Virus record (IMG/VR): IMGVR_UViG_3300047320_000362
Source: an uncultured virus (IMG/VR IMGVR_UViG_3300047320_000362)
Lineage: Duplodnaviria; Heunggongvirae; Uroviricota; Caudoviricetes
Length of the DNA: 64,000 nt
Direction: 5' to 3' (one strand)
Shown: piece by piece, positions 17,772 to 26,770 of the stretch
Layout of the letters: the number at the start of each line of letters is the position of its first letter
Position numbering within the stretch: position 1 is the stretch's first letter
Notes under the pieces: generated by a model
Database searches by the model: none
The model's input: the letters and a program-made list of their open reading frames with translations, nothing else
What the model was told of the DNA's origin: nothing
Made by a program: the position numbers and the translations under genes

Positions 17772-18121
17772 GGGCCTGAACGCGACGTGTGGTCAAGTCT
17801 CTTACCATATTGGGAAGTATTATCGCCACAGGCTCACACGTCGACCGACGCCGGCCCGATATCGAGTCATGCAGTCATGGTTAATTTCCGTCAACGATTC
17901 CAATTATTTGGCGATCTCGGTCAAATTCACATGGCTGTCGCGTCAAAATGGATTGGCTGCGGGAATCACCAAGTCGTTGGAATCACACAATCCGCTGCGT
18001 CATAATCAGTGGCTGCCTATAGAAGTCTACGGCGAGGTTCCGGAACCGAAGTTCGAGCACGAGCACAGCGACGGCTGACATAGCCGTTCGCCACAAACAG
18101 CAGCAACAAGGAAATACAAGA

Positions 18122-18490
18122 ATGGGTGCTTATACCACACAGTTCTGGGGCATCAGCCTCACTGAACGCTACGAGAAGATCGAGGAGGCAATGCCGTCCC
18201 TCGACCCGGAAAATGCGACGGGCGACGACGGGGAGATCGCGGAACTCTCCGACTACATCCGCCATCACAAGCTCGGCAGGTCGCTGTATGACGGCGGCGG
18301 CTGGGGACAGATCACATTCATCGGGGTCTCCATCAAGCCCTCCGCCCGCGGCGTCGTCGTGACCGATGAGCACGTTGCGGAAGTGGCCGCCATCATCGAA
18401 CGGATCCCGGACGAGCTGAAGGATGTCCTGACCAAGGTCTATGGAAGCATTCCCGAACCCGCATTCCACACCGAGGAAGGCTGGGGCTGA
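18122..18490 (+). CDS. hypothetical protein
   Basis: AAGGA SD; paralog of the interrupted gene (G.SLTE.Y.KI.E, Y.GGG.GQ.T..G, RG.VVTDE..AEV). Confidence 0.75.
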   Translation: MGAYTTQFWGISLTERYEKIEEAMPSLDPENATGDDGEIAELSDYIRHHKLGRSLYDGGGWGQITFIGVSIKPSARGVVVTDEHVAEVAAIIERIPDELKDVLTKVYGSIPEPAFHTEEGWG

Positions 18491-18633
18491 CCTCAAGCAC
18501 CTACTACAATTCGCGCTATGGACGGAAAATGACCTATAGCGCGAATTGTTTATGCAATGCTCGTTCGGTGCGGGTCGCAGTGAACCTGTCAATCTTGACG
18601 ACCTCGCTCGATCGGAGCGACGATCACGATGGA

Positions 18634-19062
18634 TCAGTCGTCCATCATCTTGAGTTTCATGGGATTGCAGAAGCCGCCTTCGTTTCCGAATGGATTGTAG
18701 TCGGGCCAGATGCTCATCTTCTCGCGGTAGGGCGAGCGCATCCCCATCTTCCTCACTTCGATGAAGACGACGCACATTTCTGCGACATGGCGGGCGACAT
18801 TGTCGGATCCCTTTCCAAGCACTTCCTCACCCTTGCCTGACGCATCCCAGGCGAGCGTCTCGAACTCGGACAGCTCGATATCCTTGGCGGCCTCGCCCTC
18901 CCTCTCGAGCAGCGCCGCACCTATCGAGCGGGCGACAGCCTTGCAGAGATCCACGCGCTTGACGGTCTTGGTGTCACGGAAGACGAGCGACTGCGTCTCG
19001 GCGAGGATCCACGAAAGTTCCTCGTCCATCTGGCGGTCGATCTTATCAAGGACTGACATCAT
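18634..19062 (-). CDS. hypothetical protein
   Basis: Directly downstream of def, GGAGG SD. Confidence 0.65.
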   Translation of the reverse strand: MMSVLDKIDRQMDEELSWILAETQSLVFRDTKTVKRVDLCKAVARSIGAALLEREGEAAKDIELSEFETLAWDASGKGEEVLGKGSDNVARHVAEMCVVFIEVRKMGMRSPYREKMSIWPDYNPFGNEGGFCNPMKLKMMDD

Positions 19063-19063
19063 G

Positions 19064-19504
19064 TCAGGCTGCCTCCGCGAACTCTCTGTCGATGATCAGG
19101 ATGCCGTCGAGATGGTCGATCTCGTGGAGGGCACATCGCCCCATCATTCCGTTGTGCCGGATCTTCTTCTTTGATCCGGAAAGATCGAAATACTCGACCT
19201 CGACGGAGGAGGGGCGCAGCACGCGGGTGCGAGAACCGGGGATGGAGAGGCACCCCTCGTCGAGAACGGTTTGCGCCTCGGAGCGCCAGACGATCTCGGG
19301 GTTGATCATCGCGAACTTGCCCACGAGCGCGATGCGGCGAGTGATGCCGATCTGAGGCCCTGCCAGTCCGATTCCGGCGGCGGCGGCCATGGTGGCGCGC
19401 ATAGTCTGGATGATTTGCCCGATCTCGTCACCGAACGCCTCGACCGGTTCGCAGACGGTGCGGAGGATTTCATTCGGGTGGATGACGATTTCGGCAGCGG
19501 TCAT
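19064..19504 (-). CDS. def: peptide deformylase (short, 146 aa)
   Basis: GIGLAGPQIG, EGCLSIPG, HEIDHLDG motifs. Confidence 0.93.
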   Translation of the reverse strand: MTAAEIVIHPNEILRTVCEPVEAFGDEIGQIIQTMRATMAAAAGIGLAGPQIGITRRIALVGKFAMINPEIVWRSEAQTVLDEGCLSIPGSRTRVLRPSSVEVEYFDLSGSKKKIRHNGMMGRCALHEIDHLDGILIIDREFAEAA

Positions 19505-19585
19505 GTCGGATCCTTAATGAAGGAGAGCAGGACCTCGCAGGTCCTGCTCATTTCCAGCATTCATGGACCATCGCAACGGGATCGT

Positions 19586-19611
19586 CAAGGATTCATTGAG
19601 GTGAATCCTTG
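19586..19611. promoter_or_regulatory. perfect palindrome CAAGGATTCA-N6-TGAATCCTTG
   Basis: 10-bp inverted repeat built from the window-wide motif, about 80 bp upstream of def. Confidence 0.6.
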
Positions 19612-19739
19612 CATACAGGCGCTATCCGCGGCTCGTCTTCGCGATCAGGTGGATGTCGGTGGCGGCAGCCTCTGCAGCCTGACGGATCAGCCGCAGGAAG
19701 CTCTGCTTCAGCTTTTCGCGTTCGAAGTCCTCGGAACCG

Positions 19740-19994
19740 TCACTCATCGTCGGCATCCATGTGTTCCTCGCCGTCCTCGTCGTATTTCGGATAGAACCTC
19801 TCCGGATCGGGATTGAATTCGAGATCGGAGGTTTCGAAGTCGAGTTCCGGGTCGCGCGAGCGGAGGTAGTCAATTCGGGCGGCGCGCAGCTCCTCGGTCT
19901 CGTAAGCCTCCTCGGCGGTGTAGAACACGCTCCACGCTTCCCTGGAACCGTCGTCCCGGCAGAACTGCAGCAGATAGATCTTCTTGGCGGACAT
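19740..19994 (-). CDS. acidic hypothetical protein
   Basis: ATG 19994 with AAGGAAGG SD. Confidence 0.6.
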   Translation of the reverse strand: MSAKKIYLLQFCRDDGSREAWSVFYTAEEAYETEELRAARIDYLRSRDPELDFETSDLEFNPDPERFYPKYDEDGEEHMDADDE

Positions 19995-20445
19995 GGCCTT
20001 CCTTTCACATAGTGGAGCCATATCCAGTCTGAACGCCCTGAAGGCCGGCGCAACAGGTCATGCTTCAGGCCACGATCAATGCCTGGAGATTCGAAAACGG
20101 GAGAAGCGTCTCCATGAGGAACTCGTGCCTGAATCTTCCACCTGAATAACGGCCACCGGATCTTGACGGGTGGACGAATGGTGCGACAGCATTTGGATAG
20201 TCAAAATCTTTCGAAAGGGATTCCCGTGGCACTCAAGCCTCTCACTGCACAGGAAAAGAAATCGCTGTACCTTCTTCTCGCTGGTTCGGTTCTGCTCCTC
20301 GGACTTGTCTTCGGGGCGCTCTTCATCGCTGCAAGGCCATAACCGGGGCGGATACCCGCCGCTCCAGCGGCGAGCATTCCCAAGACATGAAGGCCGCGGG
20401 AGCGATCCGCGGCCTTCATGTTTAAGTTCAATGGCGTGGCGAGTC

Positions 20446-20826
20446 TTACTTGGAGGCCACCACTTCTGTGCAGACCTGCCCGACACCCGCGTCCTTGATG
20501 CCGATCTGAGTAGCTGCGGCGCGTGACAGGTCGATCATCCTGTGCCGCGGCCCGCGGTCGTTGACACGGACGATAACGGACTTGCCGTTCTTGCGATTGT
20601 GGACACGCAGCAACGTCCCGAACTTGTAGAACTTATGAGCTGCAGTGAGAAGCGACGGGTTCATGCGCTCGCCGGATGCCGTCTTGGAGCTCATTGCATA
20701 CCACGACGCATGTCCGCATGTCTTCGACGAGGGCTGCGCGGAGGCGGCTGATCCAAAGGAGAGGGCCGCGAGGCATGCGGCCAGAACCGCGGCGCGCTTT
20801 GCACTGATAAAGCTGATGTTCTTCAC
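20446..20826 (-). CDS. rlpA: RlpA-family (DPBB) lytic transglycosylase, secreted
   Basis: Signal peptide; [31 protein letters not shown]. Confidence 0.88.
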   Translation of the reverse strand: MKNISFISAKRAAVLAACLAALSFGSAASAQPSSKTCGHASWYAMSSKTASGERMNPSLLTAAHKFYKFGTLLRVHNRKNGKSVIVRVNDRGPRHRMIDLSRAAATQIGIKDAGVGQVCTEVVASK

Positions 20827-20849
20827 TCGATGATGTCGCAATGTTAATC

Positions 20850-20957
20850 GAATCCTTATCGCTATTGAAACCAAGTTGCCGGGGCATCTTTAGCAGGCAG
20901 AATATCGTTGTCAACAATAAGGATTCGATTGCGAATGTTGCCAACTGAAAAGGATTC
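20850..20957. promoter_or_regulatory. divergent promoter region with three GAATCCTT/AAGGATTC sites and TTGTCAACAA
   Basis: Motifs at 20850, 20908, 20919, 20950. Confidence 0.6.
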
Positions 20958-21016
20958 GTTTTAGCTACTGTAGTCCTCGCGCTACCGTGCGCGGCAAACG
21001 CAACCGGGGGAAGCCC

Positions 21017-21577
21017 ATGAACCAGACTGGTATCGAGACGTTCACGCCGGAGCAGATTGCCGTCATCGCGGCCGACAGCGACCGGGTTCCCTCGGCCAAC
21101 GATCTGTTCGTCAGATACGAGGATCACTCCGCGGTCGTCCATGAGGCCTCAGGCCCGCACCCGCCGCTGCTTCTACCGAGGGCGGCCCGCGCGGACGGCG
21201 ATCTGGCGGATACGCTTTCACAGGCCGGATACAGCAGGAGCAGCCGTAAGGGCGACCTGCGTGCGGGCGAGGGAAGCTTCGTCGCGCTGTGGCAGAAGCG
21301 GATCGAGGATGGGATCGGCACCCGATATTTCGTCAACTTCACAGAATACAATCCCGGCTTCTACAGCCTGACGGAGGTTCCTCACGTCTTCGAGGCGGAG
21401 GTCCACTTCCGGTTCACCAACGGAGGTCATTCGAACGTCAGCCATTCTGTCGATCGGCAGGCCATCGACGACATCGAGGACTACTTCGAGGAGATCTGGA
21501 CCCACATGGGGATGGGATATGCCGAGGGCGGCCCGGACTATGAGAAGGCTGCGCGCGCGGCTGGAGACATCCAATGA
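21017..21577 (+). CDS. hypothetical protein
   Basis: ATG 21017; ATGA overlap with the DUF1643 gene. Confidence 0.65.
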   Translation: MNQTGIETFTPEQIAVIAADSDRVPSANDLFVRYEDHSAVVHEASGPHPPLLLPRAARADGDLADTLSQAGYSRSSRKGDLRAGEGSFVALWQKRIEDGIGTRYFVNFTEYNPGFYSLTEVPHVFEAEVHFRFTNGGHSNVSHSVDRQAIDDIEDYFEEIWTHMGMGYAEGGPDYEKAARAAGDIQ

Positions 21578-22197
21578 GCTACCTGTCCGACTTGCTCCCC
21601 TTCGTCCGCACATACGAGCTTCCCGTCGACGCTGCGGCCCATCTCGCCCACGATCCCGGCGGCAAGGTCCGCATCGACCTCGAACAGGATATCGAGGGCG
21701 GAGCCTACTTCTCTCCCGACGGCCGGCATCGGCACCTTCTGTGGCGTTTCTGGCAGGATGGCATCACGCGGCCCGGCTTCGTCTTCTGGATCGGCATGAA
21801 TCCGAGCACGGCTGATGCCTCCGTCGATGATCCGACGGTCAAGAAGGAACGCAAGTTCACGAAGCGCTGGGGCTACGGGGGCTACGTGAAGGCGAATGTC
21901 ATGGACTATCGCGTGACCGATCAGAAGCGGCTCATGGATCCAGGTGTCATTCCTTGCACCGACCACAATCTCGAGGTCATCATCGACGTCGCGCGTCAGG
22001 CCGATGTCATCGTTCTGGCATTCGGGTCTCCGCACAAGAAGCTCCGCCACCACGGCGAGAACGTCGTCAGAGCGATCCACGGGATCGGCAAGCCGATGCA
22101 CTGCCTCGGGCTCACGAAGGACGGGCTTCCAGGACATCCGCTATATCTCAAGGACACGTCAGAACTCATCCCGTTCCCCGTGAGCGTGGCTGCTTGA
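21574..22197 (+). CDS. DUF1643 family protein
   Basis: FSPDGRHR..LWR, IGMNPSTADA..DDPT, WGYGG, LGLTKDG.P.HPLYL. Confidence 0.85.
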   Translation: MSYLSDLLPFVRTYELPVDAAAHLAHDPGGKVRIDLEQDIEGGAYFSPDGRHRHLLWRFWQDGITRPGFVFWIGMNPSTADASVDDPTVKKERKFTKRWGYGGYVKANVMDYRVTDQKRLMDPGVIPCTDHNLEVIIDVARQADVIVLAFGSPHKKLRHHGENVVRAIHGIGKPMHCLGLTKDGLPGHPLYLKDTSELIPFPVSVAA

Positions 22198-22514
22198 CGC
22201 TGACAAGAGTCTTCCCGCAGACATTCGGCGGCGCGTATCTCGGCACGATCATGGTCAAGGTTCCGAGCATGCTCGGATACGCCTACAGGCCGACACCGAG
22301 GGCTGAACTCATTGCCGCAGTTATCGGCGTCGCTCTATCGGTGATCGTCTGCGTCAGGGAATACCGTCGTGATAACCGGCTCAACGCCCCATTGAAGCTG
22401 GGCCGCTGAGTATCGGATTCGAACAGCAAGCTTCGGGAAATAGCAGATCAAATTGGAACCGTGGCAGGCCGCTTCAGGCGTACCGCATAATTATCATCTT
22501 GTTGGAGTGCATGG

Positions 22515-22937
22515 ATGGTCGATCTTCACGAGGAACGTTCTTTCAAATGGGAGCAACACGGTCTGAGAGTGGAATTGAGGGTAGCGGAGGATCTGATCGA
22601 ATTGATCTCCGACGACGGACAAGCATTCAAAGCTCCCCGTGATTTCTGGGAGACAGTCTCCTCAATCATCGCCTCCTGCAAGCCCAAAAAGGTGACCCAG
22701 AAGAAGGCGAGGCGAGAGGTTCCTGACAGCACCCGCCCGAACCAGGGCCAGCCATGGTCGCCGTCGCTGGATGAAGAACTAAGGCAGATGTGGGAAGCTG
22801 GCAGGACAGCTCGTGACCTTGCCGCTCATTTCGGAAGAACAACTGGAGGAGTAGCGTCGCGGCTGGTCAAGCTGGGCATAGTCGAAAGTCGCGACGATGT
22901 CAGAGCCAGAAATGCGGCGCCAATGGAAAATTCATGA
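22515..22937 (+). CDS. protein with C-terminal Myb/GcrA-N-like HTH
   Basis: PWSPSLDEELRQMWEAGRTARDLAAHFGRTTGGVASRLVKLG. Confidence 0.65.
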   Translation: MVDLHEERSFKWEQHGLRVELRVAEDLIELISDDGQAFKAPRDFWETVSSIIASCKPKKVTQKKARREVPDSTRPNQGQPWSPSLDEELRQMWEAGRTARDLAAHFGRTTGGVASRLVKLGIVESRDDVRARNAAPMENS

Positions 22938-23288
22938 GCAATGTCGCACACCCCGATTGACATGGGCCACGCAGGAACTCAGTCTTGCAATACGGGTTGT
23001 CATGAGGCTCCAATTTGCGAAAGCATACGGCCTCATGTAGATATCTGGACTACTCCGCCCCAGCCTCGAGCTGGGGTTTTTCGTTTTGACAACCCAATGC
23101 ATCAGCATCGGAGAAGCCTCCTGGCAACGCCCATCGCTGAGGCCCCAAACGCGGCCTGCGAACCAAGAGGACGCGACGGCCTCCAACGGCCATGACCGAG
23201 TCATACTCCTGCAGTTCGCCTTCGTTCCAAACCCTGAGCGGCCGAACCTCGTTTTCCATCTCTTCGCACACTCCTTGGCGCTTCTCGT

Positions 23289-23591
23289 TTAGCTATTCGA
23301 CTTCAGAAACGCGATGAGCTGGTTGAGGTCCATCTCTTTTTCGGCCTTGGTGACGCGCCTGCTCATTCTCTCGATGTACTCGTCGGCCACTTCCTCGGCG
23401 AGGAAGAAGACCATGTTGTAGGTCATCTCACCGTTCTCCTCGTGGAGAGGCCGCGAACCACCTCCTCTTGGCGAGAACACATCGCGCTCGGTAAACTCCA
23501 TCATCAGCGCGGTGTGGCGCTGGGATCTATGCCTGTCTAGGTTGATGTCGAACGCTCGACATTTCTGATTTGAGCGGATCTTGAAGGCCAT
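23289..23591 (-). CDS. hypothetical protein
   Basis: ORF in a minus-strand block. Confidence 0.55.
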   Translation of the reverse strand: MAFKIRSNQKCRAFDINLDRHRSQRHTALMMEFTERDVFSPRGGGSRPLHEENGEMTYNMVFFLAEEVADEYIERMSRRVTKAEKEMDLNQLIAFLKSNS

Positions 23592-23612
23592 GTGGGAAAT
23601 CCCTGTTCGTAT

Positions 23613-23981
23613 TCAGTACGACGTGATGCCGTCCTCGATGATGCCAGCGGCGGCGAGGGATGCGAACTCCCAGAAATCGCGCTCCTTGCGCATGCCGCCC
23701 TCGCTGACCGCCGCGATCGCGCCGAACAGTCTCCGGCACTCGTCCGCCGTGAACGCCAGGCCAAGGGGTTTGCCGTCGATAGTCAGCACGTCGTGCTCGG
23801 GGTGATTGTCGACGGGGCCGTTGTAGCGAACGAGGAGGTCTCTAACCTGTGGGGCCTCGCCCTCGAGCCAGTCCGAAAACTCCTGCCATCCGCGGGCCGA
23901 GAAGCACACTGTGCCGGCACCGTTGAACTGTCGGTCGTGCTTGTCGGCACACGATCTTGCCGTCTTGAAATAGATACTCAT
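23613..23981 (-). CDS. hypothetical protein
   Basis: ATG 23981, AAGGGA SD. Confidence 0.6.
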   Translation of the reverse strand: MSIYFKTARSCADKHDRQFNGAGTVCFSARGWQEFSDWLEGEAPQVRDLLVRYNGPVDNHPEHDVLTIDGKPLGLAFTADECRRLFGAIAAVSEGGMRKERDFWEFASLAAAGIIEDGITSY

Positions 23982-23995
23982 TGCAAATTCCCTTC

Positions 23996-24367
23996 TCAGA
24001 ATCCGACGAGGCCGCCGTTGACCGCGCCGCGTGCGACCGCGGCGATGAGTTCCCATACGGTCCGGCGAAGATCGGGTGCCAGCGCGCTGATGTCAGCTAC
24101 GACTAGCTCCTTCAGGAGCGCGCGGCAATCGTCCTCGTCGATATCGAGAACCATCTCCGGAAAGTCCATCTGCCAGCTATTCCACGGGGGAGGGTTCGAC
24201 GCCTCGGAGAGCTTCTTCAAGTGCTCTGTCGTAGCCGGAGCCACCTTGGCGAGATGCTCGCAGATTGTCTCCCATGACAGCTCCATCATACGGATGGATG
24301 CGTGACTCGGAATGCTCGTGTCCTTCGCTGCTTCCGCGTAGTCGTCAGCCGGAACAAAGAATCGCAT
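23996..24367 (-). CDS. hypothetical protein
   Basis: AAGGGA SD, ATG. Confidence 0.6.
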   Translation of the reverse strand: MRFFVPADDYAEAAKDTSIPSHASIRMMELSWETICEHLAKVAPATTEHLKKLSEASNPPPWNSWQMDFPEMVLDIDEDDCRALLKELVVADISALAPDLRRTVWELIAAVARGAVNGGLVGF

Positions 24368-24380
24368 GGTCGGGATCCCT

Positions 24381-24788
24381 TCAGGCTCGAATGTCGAGCT
24401 TCACGTTCTTGTGCGATGGATGAATGCTGTAGACAAAGATCTTGTTCATCTCCTTGTCGGTGAGGAGCCGGAGGAAGCGGACCTCAATGGTGTTGTTGAG
24501 GTTCACCTTCAGCACCTTGCATCCGATCTTGGTGATGCGTGCATCCGGCAGATCGAGGTAGCAGTCGGTCGGCAGCTTGTACTGCGTGAGCAGTGACAGG
24601 ATGGCCGTGCTCTTCGAGATCCGTATGATGTCGCAGCGGCGCGAGGCGAGGTGGGTCATGCCCTTCTCGGTGTATTCGATGCGAGCGGCGTTCATAGTGT
24701 CAACCATGGGGAAGCGAGGCTCCCGGTCATACATGAAGGACTCCTGGTCCCGTAGATAGGTCGCGAACACTGCATTCTGAGTAGACAT
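24381..24788 (-). CDS. degenerate PilZ-like domain protein
   Basis: REPRF followed by RCDIIRISKSTA and a beta-rich body; AAGGAG SD. Confidence 0.6.
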   Translation of the reverse strand: MSTQNAVFATYLRDQESFMYDREPRFPMVDTMNAARIEYTEKGMTHLASRRCDIIRISKSTAILSLLTQYKLPTDCYLDLPDARITKIGCKVLKVNLNNTIEVRFLRLLTDKEMNKIFVYSIHPSHKNVKLDIRA

Positions 24789-24810
24789 GCGTATCTCCTT
24801 TGGGCGGCAA

Positions 24811-24944
24811 TCAATCCTAAGCGAATCCAGTTGTCAACAATTGATTGGCTGCAACGCCTGAAAGATTTAAGGACTCGGCGCACACAAAACCGTTGACAAT
24901 GCAGCCCATGGCCGGAATTCATGAAGTTGAGATTTTGAATCCTT
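24811..24944. promoter_or_regulatory. divergent promoter region with back-to-back TTGACA boxes and GAATCC(TT) sites
   Basis: TTGTCAACAA 24831, GTTGACAAT 24892, GAATCC 24823, GAATCCTT 24937. Confidence 0.6.
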
Positions 24945-24983
24945 ACGGAGTTGCGCGTGTTCAATGACGGATACAGCGAGGAG

Positions 24984-25328
24984 ATGGCACGCAGAACTGC
25001 GGAAGGTTCCTCCCGTGGAAAGTCGATGTCGTTCGGCGACTATCTGGCCTTCGCCGCGGCAATCCCGGCGGCGTGGCTGTTCTGGGCCTATGTGGCGCAA
25101 CCTGTCTGGCACTTCAGCCAGGAGGTCGCCGAGGCGGCCCGGCTCGACGAGGCGCGCAAGGAGAGCATCTCCGGCATGTTCGGTCACTGCTATTCCACGC
25201 CCATCGGCTCGATCGGCGCCGTGATCAGGATCGAGAGCGGAACCACGGTGAAGATGGCGTTCAAGAGCGGCATCACGGGCACCTATCCGGTGGTCTCGCT
25301 CCAAAAGGTCGCGTGCCCGAAGGACTAA
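24984..25328 (+). CDS. TM-anchored small beta-domain protein, Cys-pair family (copy 1)
   Basis: TM plus CYSTPIGSIGAV...KMAFKSG....Y....L.KVAC. Confidence 0.7.
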   Translation: MARRTAEGSSRGKSMSFGDYLAFAAAIPAAWLFWAYVAQPVWHFSQEVAEAARLDEARKESISGMFGHCYSTPIGSIGAVIRIESGTTVKMAFKSGITGTYPVVSLQKVACPKD

Positions 25329-25399
25329 AGACGATATGAGACCGCCATGCCCTGATCGCATCAGGCTTTTCATCAGTCAGTTATCAAGAGGATCCCGGA

Positions 25400-25825
25400 A
25401 TGGGTGATTTCATCGAAGGCCCGATCGAGGGCACAGGACGGTTCGTCGAGTACACCCGCTACCACAACCCGCTGTCTCCGGCCGCCATTCGCGACCACCG
25501 GGAGAGCGAAAGAAGGCGCAGCCCCAACCTCGTCCTGGCGATCGGCGGTCTCCTGACTGGCGCGGTCATCACGCAGGGGGTTATCCTCCATACCGACCGC
25601 AGCAATGCCGAGGAGTCCTTCGCGGAACTCGCCGACGACCGCTGCTTCGTCACGTCGATCGGGGCCTTGGGGATGGTCGAGTCCTCGGACGCGCGGGCGA
25701 AATCCGTGAAGATGATCTTCCCTTCCGGCCTTCGCGAGACCTATCCAATCAACAAGCTGTCCGAAGTCCCGTGCGCCACGGTTTCGGATGCCGCCAATGC
25801 GCGCAACCAAGGAGACAGGCGATGA
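25400..25825 (+). CDS. TM-anchored Cys-pair family protein (copy 2)
   Basis: TM plus CFVTSIGALGMV...KMIFPSG...TY....L.EVPC. Confidence 0.7.
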   Translation: MGDFIEGPIEGTGRFVEYTRYHNPLSPAAIRDHRESERRRSPNLVLAIGGLLTGAVITQGVILHTDRSNAEESFAELADDRCFVTSIGALGMVESSDARAKSVKMIFPSGLRETYPINKLSEVPCATVSDAANARNQGDRR

Positions 25826-26205
25826 AGGACTTTTACGAAAAGATGGCCGATACCGGCAACGAGCTCATGAAGATCGGCTTCGGAGCCATTGTCGGACTGG
25901 TCATCTTCGGGATCGTCGCGGTTCTCGCGATCATCAGCCTTGTGGTCTATCTCGTGTTCTTCTCGGGTTCGGATACGCCTGCTCCGTCCGCGGTTCCCCA
26001 GGTGATCCAGACCGAGGCTCCTGCTGCCGCCATCCGCTATCCGAACGTGAAGGGACTGTGTTTCCGCACCCCGATGGGCGACATCGGCAAGGTCATGGAG
26101 CAGGACAACGACAGGCTCGACATGAGCTTCCGCGGCGGCCCGAGGGCAACCTATCTCTACGACCAGGTCGTCAACGCCGACTGTGGCTATCTGCCAAAGG
26201 GCTGA
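25822..26205 (+). CDS. TM-anchored Cys-pair family protein (copy 3)
   Basis: TM plus CFRTPMGDIGKV...DMSFRGG...TY....V.NADC. Confidence 0.7.
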   Translation: MKDFYEKMADTGNELMKIGFGAIVGLVIFGIVAVLAIISLVVYLVFFSGSDTPAPSAVPQVIQTEAPAAAIRYPNVKGLCFRTPMGDIGKVMEQDNDRLDMSFRGGPRATYLYDQVVNADCGYLPKG

Positions 26206-26308
26206 TCCGGCAACCTTCGCGACAAGCGAAAACGTTGCGCCGGCCGCCCGCAGCCGCGAGGCTGGATCGGTCGGCGCGATCCTGCGCCCCGATCTCGCAG
26301 AGGCGCTC

Positions 26309-26665
26309 ATGTCAGACTGGATCATTCACCCGGATGGGGGCAAACTCGGCCTCTTTCGCCGCAGGGAGGGATTGCTGGCCAGCCGAAACGAGGCACCGGA
26401 CGTGCTTCGTCTTTTCGTGGTGCAAGGATTCGAGACCAATCCCGACATCACGGCTGCCCGAGACTACCTGCGGCGAGGCGGACGGACGTCCCAGGAACTG
26501 GAAACCTGCGGCAAGGACTTCATCGCCGAGATCCACGCGACGGCAGCGGTCGCCGACGACCGGATACGCCCGTGCTATCTGGATTACTCCATATTCTGGA
26601 GCCGCTCGCGTTCTAACCGGATGTGCGTCTACTGCAAGATCGATGACGGAGACTGGGAGTGGTAA
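26309..26665 (+). CDS. hypothetical protein
   Basis: ATG 26309 with GAGG SD. Confidence 0.55.
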   Translation: MSDWIIHPDGGKLGLFRRREGLLASRNEAPDVLRLFVVQGFETNPDITAARDYLRRGGRTSQELETCGKDFIAEIHATAAVADDRIRPCYLDYSIFWSRSRSNRMCVYCKIDDGDWEW

Positions 26666-26770
26666 ACCAGCATTGACGCGGTCTGAGAGCTGCGCGTGAC
26701 ACCATCATTGCTTGATTTCGCGTATTGAGGATTCCATGTAAAGTCCCGGGATGAACCGAGGGCGCAGACG

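Larger units (their letters stand above)
16542..18021. mobile_element. non-autonomous Tn7/Tn5053/IS21-like mini-transposon with 5-bp TSD GAAGT
   Basis: Ends TGTAGGCAGCCAATCATTTTGAC / GTCATAATCAGTGGCTGCCTATA; GAAGT at 16537-16541 and 18022-18026; internal GCAGCCA..TGAC-type repeats at 16547, 16567, 17920, 17942, 17999; no transposase inside. Confidence 0.85.
16246..18078 (+). pseudogene. hypothetical gene (paralog of 18122-18490) interrupted by a 1480-bp insertion
   Basis: Joining 16246-16541 to 18027-18078 gives in-frame ...ALKEVYGEVPEPKFEHEHSDG*, matching the paralog C-terminus KVYGSIPEPAFHTEEGWG. Confidence 0.85.
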
